Origin: Lenisia limosa
Taxonomy: Eukaryota > Protista > Breviatea
Assembly (NCBI GenBank): GCA_001655205.1
Contig: LPNZ01006843.1
Coordinates: 17,460-36,917, forward strand
DNA: 19,458 nt
Direction: 5' to 3'
This document shows, in pieces, positions 9,894 through 19,458 of the stretch. How positions within the stretch are numbered: the stretch's first letter is position 1; the number at the start of each line of letters is the position of its first letter. A model generated the notes under the pieces. The model was not told the DNA's origin and made no database searches. It worked only from the letters and a program-made list of their open reading frames with translations. Both the position numbers and the translations under genes were made by a program.

Positions 9894-12089
9894 TTAAGCG
9901 ATGCAAACGTTTGAGAGGGACTTAGAGGTTGCAGGGCCTTGAGAGTTAGCTCGAATAGAGTGAAGTGGCAATGGCAGAAAGAGAACATAAATATGAATAT
10001 TTGAGTCATCTCACCTGAAGAGCACTTGACCACAACACCCTTGTAGGTTGACACGCAGTTTGCATCAGTCTTGAAATCCTGGGGGTGATAATTAGCTAAA
10101 GACTTTCAAAACTTCAAAAGCGAGAAAAGTGAAAATAACCGAACTGAGCCCCAAACCGGAGCAACAGCCTCGAATATTTTCTTCTTGGGGGGGAGGACGG
10201 CCAAAGGTGCGCCATCTTCATAACCCTCACACTACACAATGAGAACATAACATAACGGTGAGCCAATGGAACACGTCTACTCGTGAGCGGACTTGGTCCT
10301 AATATCAGGGGATCCTAATCTTTCACTCAAACAATAAAAAAAAGAACAAAATGACAAGACAGTACAACCACTTACAGTAAATCTGTCTCCAACTTTAGCA
10401 CCTTCGGGAACATCCATAACCTCAACTTGAGTATGCTGCAAATGTAAGAAATGAAATGAAAGACAAGATGCTTAAGCCACCCCTCACGTCATCCGAGCCA
10501 GCACAAAGCACCATTCCGGCGGAAGCGACACCAACCATCTTACAGGGCTTCAGGTTACAGAGAACCATAACCATACGGTTCTAAACGGGTGATGAACCTG
10601 AAAAGCACAAACCTGCATCTCTTCAATGGGGACAAAGTGCACAAGACCTGACACAATTGTGCGAGGGCCAGATTCCTCTCCAAGATCGATGGTCTCAACG
10701 TACAGCCTGTTGAGTCAAACATGGAGTTTCAACGCATGGAATTCCATTATATGGTATCCTTTGGACTGAAAGACAACCATTAGATGATGATAGCCTTTGG
10801 ACTGAAAGACATGATTAAGATAAACATCTTACTTATCAGCAGCTTCGTGCTTCTTGACGTCCACGATCTTGCCAACACGGATATCGAGCTTTGAGAACTG
10901 GCTCTGCTCAGGGGCGGCCGGGGCCTGGGGCTTCTTCTCCTTCTTCGGCTTCTGCTTCTTCTCAGTCTTGGCACCGGCGGGAACGTCTGCCTTCTTCTCC
11001 TTCTTCTCAACCTGGGGAGGGTGGGGGGTAAGAAGACAAGCAAGAAATTGTATGGATGAAGGACTATACACCCCAGCAATTCGCGACCCGCAAAAAATAA
11101 TCTAAAAGCAAGGAATATAGCAATTAGCCACATACAGCAATATCAGGCATGACGAGGGGAATCTCAACCATGTCACAGACACCCTTCATTTCAGGGAGGT
11201 GCTGAATGTGGTTGAACCAACGAGCCATTTGGGAGAAGGAAACACGCTCAGTCACAGTGAAACGAGCCTGTGATATCAGGATCAAGGCTACCAGCAAGAG
11301 AGTTTCAAAACTGAAACTATTCATGACATGAGAAAGTCCAAACCGACCATGATGGGGTAGACAGCAGCAAAGACGACAGCGTCAGCGACAGTAATGACAT
11401 TGCCGGTGAGGAACACGGAAGTCAAAGCGGTGGAGTTGATCTTACCAAAGCCTCCCCTGAGAGTGTTGTACTCTCCATTCACTAGTTTGATCAGTCATAA
11501 TGAAGAAATGGGCGGGGGGCCACCAACAACACCCTTCTGTTGGTCTCATAAAAAATCTTCACCAACTCGAACAGGATAACAACCAACCATTGGGAGTGAT
11601 CTTGGAAGCAACAAAGTCCACCCAAGTGGCTGGCTTCTTGTCAGCAGCAAAGCCACACTGCAACGTCATCGCATAAATAAAAGCAAGTCTGTTGGATTTG
11701 TAAATATTAAGCAGATAAAGCTTATATATGGTGTTGTATTATGCCATAAAAGGACGAACAGAATCAGAACAGAAGTTCATTTCAGCATACAGTTCCAGAG
11801 AGAGCAGCAGCAATCTTCTGAACACCAACGAAGGTATCGCCGTTGAAAACCATAGAAGGTTCATCCTATAACCATTTTAGTGGTATGTGAGGCAAAGGAG
11901 AGGTACAAAGAAAAAATAGGTCAACCATACAGCAGCTTCGGTCACGGGAACGGCCATGGATAGGGATTTTCCAGCAAGAGCTGCAAGAACCTTCACAAGG
12001 AGGTTGCCTAGAGGGTAAGAAAGAAGCTGTAACTCAGTGTGTTTACCGCTGGGGGCAGAAAATGAGAGCTGAACTCCGTCTGTTGTCAT
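9894..12089 (-). CDS. ARC1: Arc1p/AIMP1-like aminoacyl-tRNA synthetase cofactor (GST-like N-domain, Lys-rich linker, EMAPII-like tRNA-binding OB fold)
   Basis: GST-C-like FLTGNVITVADAVVFAAVYPIM...RWFNHIQ. tRNA-binding motifs [63 protein letters not shown] and PPKKKIFEAV. All exons join in frame from ATG 12089 to TAA 9894-96. Confidence 0.93.
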
Positions 12090-12443
12090 TATTTATGTAT
12101 ATATTTGTCTAGTTTGACAACAAAAAAGGCCTTATTTTTCTCGGCCGAAAATTGAAAATGCTCTCGCGCGCACGCCACCTTCGCGTGTTATCTTGTCACT
12201 GATACAACCAACATACAACAGAACAACTTGTTAAAAAGCCTGCAAAAAAAAAAAGCTGATGATGTGTGAATACTAGAGTGTAAGCTCTAAGTTTGATGGA
12301 AAAGTGGAAAGTGCGTGTAATCTCCATTTTTGGGGTGGTCCTCAATTACATTTATTCAAAACCAACATCAAAGTATTCTACTTAATGATGGCACTGTGCC
12401 AAAGGAGGCGGCAAAATTCTCAATCACACGACGGGCTTCTGTC

Positions 12444-13678
12444 TCAGCTATCCATCAACTTCAGCAGTTCATGGATAACAGGAGGGGTGTGCAGGCGAGG
12501 GTCTAATCTACATTTGGGTAACTTTTCATGTTTCCAATGTAGAAATATGCAAGCACTTTCCATGGAAATAACAGATTGTCAGAAAGTTTACAAAGTTCAT
12601 ATGAAACAGAATAATTATAGAAAGTATTGTAAACAGAGCCCAGATATCTTTGCATTTGCACTGAAGCACATGCAGAGACAACTGAATTTGGTTAAGTGAG
12701 ATACAAGGGGCAAACACAAGTCACCCCGTTCCGTAACCATTGCCAACTTTCTGATTCGCAGCAACGCCGCCTGGTCAATTTGAATGGCTTTTCGACATGT
12801 TGTTCGCAGGGTGCCTGAATGAATAAGCAAACACAAGAAAGGAATGTTAAAAGTATATCCAAATTCAATGAGAACAGTTTTCATTTCTCCACCATAAGAA
12901 CTATGTACTCTAAAAAGCTGTTGATAACTTGGTGAATATGTAGCAAGTGGGAAATGATATTAATTTTTCTAAGATTATTCTAAGTTTAACGCTGAATCTC
13001 CTCTATTCTCTCCCTTATAAATTTTGGTAGATGTACATAGGTAAAAGTACCACTTTCGCAGTTTCTTAAATACGGGTTCAGAAACAAATAATCACCCAGC
13101 CCTGATATTCCTTCAGAGTATTGAAATATGAGTGTTCAAGAAACATCGTTTCACAACTTCATACCTCCAACATGAAGACATCTAATAAGACATCTTCGAT
13201 CGTCTAAGAAAGAAAGAAACGACATTGCTTGCCACAACTGAATAGTGAAACCCAATTTTTAGTTCAATCTTGACTGCCCTGCCCCATGCGCAAAATAGTA
13301 CATCCAGGGTACCTTTTCATGAGTTTCTCTTGCTGTCCTCACTAAAAACATTCCAGTCTTAGGATTGAAGTATTTCACTAGATTGTTATAATTAATAAAT
13401 ACACGTATTCTCAACAAGAAGCATTACATCTTCACCTTGGAGGCTGTGCGGTATTTTAGCCATTCCAAGATCGCCAAAATGGACATCAACACTGTCCCTG
13501 AGTTCCTTTGTGATGCTTTGGGCGGTGAGGTGCTTTCCTGGAGAGTAAAAAATAAATAAATAGAAAGCAGAACATGATAGCATGTTATGTTAATGCTAGA
13601 CTTACCAACCCCACCTGCTAATCCTCCATCTTCAAAGATGACTTCAGCTAACAAATAGCGGACCTTGAAACGAACCAT
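12444..13678 (-). CDS. POP5: RNase P/MRP protein subunit POP5 (Rpp14/Pop5 family)
   Basis: MVRFKVRYLLAEV N-terminus, then ELRDSVDVHFGDLG, VKYFNPKTGMFLVRTARE, LWQAMSFL and CLHVGGTLRTTCRKAI in in-frame exons. The last exon (proposed 12502-12444) is uncertain. Confidence 0.9.
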
Positions 13679-13990
13679 TTGGTTCGTTTCGTTTACTCAA
13701 ATATTAATGTCTTTGCTGTCAATCTCAAGAGGTGCTGTGCTGCCTTCTCAAATGTACAATCCTGAAAACCTGTATTAATTATTAATTATGTGTTAGTTTT
13801 ATGAGGTTTATAGGGTTTATAGATGTGATAGAAGGAAGAGGACTGGAGCTGGACTGGAGGACAGGGAAGAGGAAGGGGGAGGAGGGAGAGTGGTAGACAG
13901 ATATAAACCCCGCAGTTCTTAACTCTTTTTGCAGGTTTGTGACAAAAATCACCTTTCTCTACTCTAAATTGCGTTTAGTAAACTCTTACA
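13679..13990. promoter_or_regulatory. Short divergent promoter region shared by POP5 and urocanase
   Basis: 312 bp between head-to-head ATGs. Contains a purine-rich tract (about 13830-13890) and TATAAA near 13903. Confidence 0.5.
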
Positions 13991-16900
13991 ATGGTGGATC
14001 TTTCTTCTCTTGCCAAGGGTCTCCAGGTGAACCCCCTTCCTGAGCCTTATGTCCGTGATAACTCCGTTCCCCATGCTCCTAAGCGTACTCCTAACCTTAC
14101 CAAGAAGGAAGAAGAGGTGGTCTATCTTTAACATAAATCTGTTCTGTTCCATATCCTTTCTCTTTGGGTATTCTGCTGCTTATATTGCCTAGTTTTCAAT
14201 TTAAAACTTATATTCATCAGCTTGCCGTCGCCAATGCTCTCCGCTACTTCCCTGCGGAAACTCACGAAGTCCTTGCTCCTGAGTTTGCCGAAGAGCTCAA
14301 GCTCTACGGTCACATCTATATGTACAGGTTTGGTGTTGCCGGTTCTCATCAGTAGATATTTTTTAAGGGGTTCGTTTGATTGACTGTTCCAGATTCATGC
14401 CCAAGGACTATGAAATGAAGACTTACAACTTTGACCTATATCCCCAGAAGTCCCGCAGATGTTGGCATTGGCATGACTCTAATATAAACCATTTCTCCCT
14501 GTCGTTGAGAGAAATTTACCCCCTCCCAGCCGCCTGTATCATGGGCATGATCATGAACAACCTTGACAAGGCCGTAGCCCAGTTCCCCCAGGAGCTCATC
14601 ACTTATGGTTTGTTCTCGATAGATTCCATATCATGACACTTTTGTGATTTGACATTCCTTGAGATAATCATTCTGATGTTCAGGTGGCCAAGGAGGCGTG
14701 TTCTCTAACTGGGCTCAATACCACCTCACAATGAAGGTATGACGGAGGTCTTCTCCTTTGATTGGACTTTCCTTGTACATCGTTATATAACACGAATGCC
14801 GACTTTCCATTTGGACAACTATTGTGTTGTTTTTTTGTTTTTCACCTGAGTGTTTCCAAATAAGCCAGCAGAGTGGATTTTGGGGTTTTCTCTCCTCATA
14901 ATATAAACTCCACAGTACCTCTCTACTATGACTGATGACCAAACCTTGACCCTCCATTCCGGGCATCCTGCTGGGTAAGTCTGATGGTTTTCATATTGCT
15001 TTTTTGGCAATGTTGTTTATTCCCCTCCAGTCTGTTCCCCTCTTCCTTTGAGGCTCCTAACATGATTGTCACCAATGGCATGGTAATCCCCAACTACTCC
15101 TCCACCAAGGTTCGCTTTTTGTTTTTGGGAACTTGCTTTCACACCTTTATCATCGCATTATTACTTAACCCTTTACGGCTTTGAATTCCCTTCAAAATGA
15201 TTGGAGTGAGACAACTAGCTTATACTAATAGGACTATGACAAGATGTACGCCCTCGGTGTCTCCCAATACGGACAAATGACTGCCGGTTCTTTCTGCTAC
15301 ATTGGGCCCCAGGGTGCGAGGGGGTCAGGGAGAGGCTTGGTTGATGCTGTTACTGGCAATGACTAATTACGCAGGTATTGTCCATGGTACCACCATCACC
15401 ATCATGAACGCAGCTCGTAAATACTGTGGATCCAACGACATGAAGGGGAAGGTAACTGCGAAGGCGGCTTGGATGAATCCTTTGGCCTTCTTGACCACCT
15501 TAGCTCTTTGTCACCGCTGGGCTTGGGGGAATGAGTGGAGCTCAGCCCAAGGCTGCCACTATTGCCGGTGCCGTTTCTATCACTGCTGAGGTCCACGGTA
15601 TAGGGCGTATTGCATCCAATGCCGCCACTCTCAAAGTCTCGGTTCTCATCCATGTTAGAGTCGGCCCTCATGAAGCGCAAGGAGCAAGGATGGGTCATGG
15701 AGTCTTCCGACAACCTGGACGAAATTGTGAAGATGGCTCATGACGGCATCCAAGCCAAAAAGACTGTTTCAATCGCCTACCTTGGCAACGTCGTAAACGG
15801 GACTTCATGGGGCTTAATTCTGTGTATCGGGTGATATTGTGGTTACCCCCTCCCCCAGGTTGACCTGTGGGAGCGCCTTGCTGATGAGGATCTCGTGCCC
15901 TCAGTCGGCTCGGACCAGACCTCATGCCACAACCCCTATGGCGGCGGATACTACCCCACCGGCATGACTTACGATGAGTGTACACGGGCCGCTAAATGCA
16001 TTGCTGATATAATCGCGTGCCTCATTTTTAAAAATTGCCCTTACACGTTTCTTTGACTTGAGTATTGATTATTGCAGCCAACGCTCTCATGGCGTCTGAC
16101 CCTGCGGCTTTCAAGGTTGGCTTCGTGGAGCTTCACTTGTCTTTTATTTTGGTTGTTTTGACAGATTTAGAAACTCGTTGATGCATCTCTCGTCCGTCAA
16201 GTCAACGCCATCAACAGACTTACCAAAAAGGGCATGTTCTGGTTCGATTATGGCAACTCCTTCATGCTCAGTGCCTCTCGGTTGGCGTTACTGCGAATTA
16301 TGTCATTTTTTCCCGGATATTTTGTAACGGAATTAGTGCTGGAGCCGAAATCATGAACGCTGATAACACCGGTTTCCGTTATCCCTCTTACGTTGAGGAA
16401 TTCATGGGAGACATCTTCTCACTCGGTTTTGGCCCCTTTAGATGGGTATGCGGGGCTCAGGGCCGTGTCTCTTGGGGTCCCCTATTGGTTTTTGTCTCCT
16501 GTTGGTCCCTAAGAGGTTTTGCTGACATTTTCAGGTGTGCCTCAGTGACAAGCCCGAAGACCTCGAAATGACTGACAAGCTTGCCCGCGATGAGATCGGT
16601 AAGCGGTCTCGCCCACTCCATATTACAATTAGGCTTTACTTCGGTTCGAAAAAAGACTGAATTTCTCGATAAATCTTCGAAAATTATCGATATTTTTTCG
16701 AACCAAAGTGAAGCAAGCCCTACACTCAATGATACTTATTTTCACCTTTCAGTGAAACTCATGAAGGTTGCCCCCACCCGCACCACCCAGCAGTACGACG
16801 ATAACCTTAAGTAAGCCCCCACCTCCCTACTTGTGAAGGCCATTACAACTCTAAACACTCAGGTGGATCGAACAAGCTGGCGAACATAAGCTTGTTGTCG

Positions 16901-17893
16901 GTTCTCAAGCCCGTATTCTGTACAGCGATGTGGAAGGTCGCAGCAACATTGCTTCATCCTTCAATGAGGCTGTCAAGGATGGGCGTCTCTCTGTTGGCTT
17001 GCCTCTCTGCTTAGCATTGACTAATAATATCCTAGGGCCCTGTCGTCATTTCACGTGACCACCACGACGTTTCTGGAACCGACAGCCCGTGGAGAGAGAC
17101 CTCCAACATCCGCGACGGCTCGATGTTCTGCGCTGATATGGCTGTTCAGAACTTCTGTGGTGATGCCATGAGAGGTATGCATGCTCACCCCCCAGATAGC
17201 AAACATTCTGCGGGCTTGATTAACCCTTCAAGGTGCTACGTGGGTTGCCCTGCACAACGGCGGCGGCACCGGTTGGGGTGAGGCCATCAATGGTGGCTTC
17301 GGCCTGGTCCTTGACGGCTCGGACGAGCAGGGTGANNNNNNNNNNNNNNNNNNNNNNNNNNNNNNNNNNNNNNNNNNNNNNNNNNNNNNNNNNNNNNNNN
17401 NNNNNNNNNNNNNNNNNNNNNNNNNNNNNNNNNNNNNNNNNNNNNNNNNNNNNNNNNNNNNNNNNNNNNNNNNNNNNNNNNTGAGCCAAAAATGCTGCAT
17501 TGGGATTGTATGATCTAATAATCCAGAAAATGCTGCATTGGGACGTTCTCAATGGAGTGACCCGCAGAGCCTGGGCCGGCAACGACAACGCCCTTGATGC
17601 TATCACGTGAGCCCCCCCCCCCNNNNNNNNNNNNNNNNNNNNNNNNNNNNNNNNNNNNNNNNNNNNNNNNNNNNNNNNNNNNNNNNNNNNNNNNNNNNNN
17701 NNNNNNNNNNNNNNNNNNNNNNNNNNNNNNNNNNNNNNNNNNNNNNNNNNNNNNNNNNNNNNNNNNNNNNNNNNNNNNNNNNNNNNNNNNNNNNNNNNNN
17801 NNNNNNNNNNNNNNNNNNNNNNNNNNNNNNNNNNNNNNNNNNNNNAAGGCCGACGCTGAGCTTGTTGCCAAGTCACTTGCAAGTGCTACGTGA
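13991..17893 (+). CDS. UROC1: Urocanate hydratase, eukaryotic long (UROC1) type, at least 21 introns
   Basis: Spliced translation matches UROC1 motifs: VPHAPKRTP, NALRYFP...ELKLYGHIYMYRF, MIMNNLDKAVAQFPQELITYG, GQMTAGSFCYIGPQGIVHGT, GLGGMSGAQ, GSDQTSCHNP, FDYGNSF, GFGPFRWVC, VVGSQARIL, SRDHHDVSGTDSPWRETSNI, LHNGGGTGWG, MLHWDVLNG. Stop TGA 17891-93. Two N-gaps hide short parts. Confidence 0.98.
16633..16714 (+). other. Long intronic inverted repeat (hairpin) in urocanase intron 16
   Basis: Arms 16633-16654 and 16693-16714 pair over 22 nt with one G-U and one mismatch; an inner stem TCGATAA/TTATCGA follows. Confidence 0.85.
17336..17481. other. Assembly gap (146 N) inside urocanase
   Basis: N run. 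Confidence 0.99.
17623..17845. other. Assembly gap (223 N) next to a poly-C run inside urocanase
   Basis: N run directly after a C homopolymer. Confidence 0.99.
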
Positions 17894-18369
17894 GATAACG
17901 CTCAATGGCTTGCTCTATTGTTTTTTTGGTTCTGACTTTGTAGTGAAAACCAAGCAGCGTAAGTAGCTTCGTTGTCGCTTTCTTTCTCAAAACATTTTCT
18001 TCTCAACTTCCTCACAGAATAACTCGATACAATTACAGTTAGTGAATCCATTTTCAAGCAAGTTAACCACGATGGGAAATGAGACAAAACTGTATTCACT
18101 CGATACAATAAGATCAGAAGATACCAGAGTCCCTGGTCTTGGAAACAAAAGAAAAGGACACACTACTCGTCAACTATTTCTACCTGGCTCTCGGCCGTTA
18201 CTGACGATGTTGACAGGCTGGGATTCATTTAACATTGTGGATTGCAGGGCGTGGCCAAGTCTGAAAAGATTATCATTATTGAAAACACAACTTCAAATGT
18301 GGTGAAACTTCATAGTGGTGAAGGTGTTTGTCAGAATACTGGTATTAGAGTAGCCACACACCTGGGGAC

Positions 18370-19458
18370 TCAATGTCGGATGGTGACATTGGGTGACGAC
18401 AAGGCTGCAAGATCGGCCTCGTCTTTGCTCGGAAGGGGCCAGATCTCGGCATTAGGTATCAGACCGTCCAGCGTGTACTGCTTGAAGACTTCTCGTTCGA
18501 AGTCCGAGGCTTCGAGTCCACTGGCAAGGAGCCTCTTCCATCTAGGGTGTTAATACTGCTAAATGAAGGAACTGAACTGAACTGAACCAAACTGCATACC
18601 TGAGAATGATATTGAAGTCATCAACACCAATGGCAAAAAGTGTGACTTCCCGAAGGATAGACTCAGGAGCTTCGGTATTTGCTGCGGCAGCCGGGATCAC
18701 CTTGAGAGTCAGTGGGATGATAGTATTAACGATTATTGCATCAATCTATCCAACCTTTTTCCCGCCGATTGCCCAGCGCAACCCGCTGTCGAAATTGAGC
18801 CGACGGTACCCGGGACCATTGAGATTATTGTCGACGATGACGAGGACAAGGCCTTCCAGCTGAGACGCGAAAAGTCCATTGCCGCCCGATACGAAGCAAA
18901 ACGAGTGGACTCCTTCCATGAGGCATACAATGATGCGGTGGACGTGATGATGGTGGAGGCTCCTACTGGTTTGGCCAAACCCCCCATGCTTGGAATGTCC
19001 GTCCTGCCCAACCTGAGCCCTCTCGGCCTCAAGGTCTTCAAGGTGCCTGCCGGCAAGCCCTACGCCGCCGCAAGTGGCAGTGTGGGCGACATCATCCTCA
19101 GAACCCGGACCTTTTTAGGCCTATTCAGCAGGCAGAAGAGGCAACAGACACCAAGGAACGCCAGGGACGAGATCGAACCGATCAGCGCCCAAAGAGCAAT
19201 GGCAAAGTCGTTGCTAGAGTCTCCCCAATTGCCCTCCAGAACAACACACTCACCACTGAGGGGTGGCGAGGATTGGTTCTTAGAGATGATCAAGTGATCA
19301 TGCGCAATGGCGTAGGCTGGGCGTGTTAGGCTTCCAACATATTCCGGCCACCATGGCACCTGATAGAGATCGATACTTGCTGGGGGCGGGCAGATGAGAG
19401 TTGTTCTACGACTCAGTTGTGGCGTTCTTGTTTCCACCCACAGACCCAGTGCCATTCC
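18370..19458 (-). CDS. 3' part of a single-pass (type I-like) membrane protein, unknown family; 5' end outside the window
   Basis: Open frame from the window edge through a hydrophobic helix FAIALWALIGSISSLAFLGVCCLFCLL followed by basic NRPKK|. Downstream exons 18700-18600 (VIPAAAANTEAPESILREVTLFAIGVDDFNIILR) and 18541 onward (WKRLLASGLEASDFEREVFKQ) join at GT-AG sites. The true 3' end is uncertain and may extend toward 17900. Confidence 0.6.
18761..19108 (+). other. Opposite-strand coding segment (116 codons) containing a truncated PDZ-like domain
   Basis: Reads ...KPPMLGMSVLPNLSPLGLKVFKVPAGKPYAAASGSVGDIIL..., matching PDZ spacing LG(I/M)...GxxVxxVxxGxPxAxAxxxVGDxIL. Codon usage is host-like on +. 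No in-frame ATG upstream. Flanked by ACCTTTTT at 18753-60 and 19109-16. Confidence 0.6.

Noticed and set aside
10784-10805. Box C (ATGATGA) and box D (CTGA) snoRNA
   Set aside because: The boxes are only about 11 nt apart and antisense to the host gene.
17220-17966. Long ORFs spanning X runs
   Set aside because: Artefacts of translating N-gaps.
18022-18109. 12-nt direct repeat ACTCGATACAAT as element ends
   Set aside because: No terminal inverted repeats or other element features between the copies; too short to interpret.
19097-19110. 14-nt intron joining the TM exon to the long antisense-aligned frame
   Set aside because: Far below the smallest credible introns here, has no branch site, and the resulting peptide has shadow-frame composition.

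Overview
Gene-dense, very intron-rich genomic DNA from a microbial eukaryote (standard genetic code; taxonomy cannot be fixed from sequence alone). Almost all supplied ORFs are exon fragments or shadow frames, so I spliced the genes by hand. In order: the 3' part of a zf-MYND gene (+) with a premature TAA at the conserved Trp; a zeta-toxin-like P-loop kinase (-); a 43-bp tandem array and a GC-rich structured island in the divergent intergenic region; a PHD-finger/AT-hook protein (+); a Glu-rich/ubiquitin-like/ankyrin protein (+); an Arc1p/AIMP1-like tRNA-synthetase cofactor (-); RNase P/MRP subunit POP5 (-); eukaryote-type urocanate hydratase (+, at least 21 introns); and the 3' part of a single-pass membrane protein gene (-). 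The main anomaly lies in that last gene: a 348-bp segment codes on the opposite strand for a PDZ-like domain and is bounded by 8-bp direct repeats that each contain a splice donor. Three N-gaps limit some models, and exon boundaries are manual predictions.
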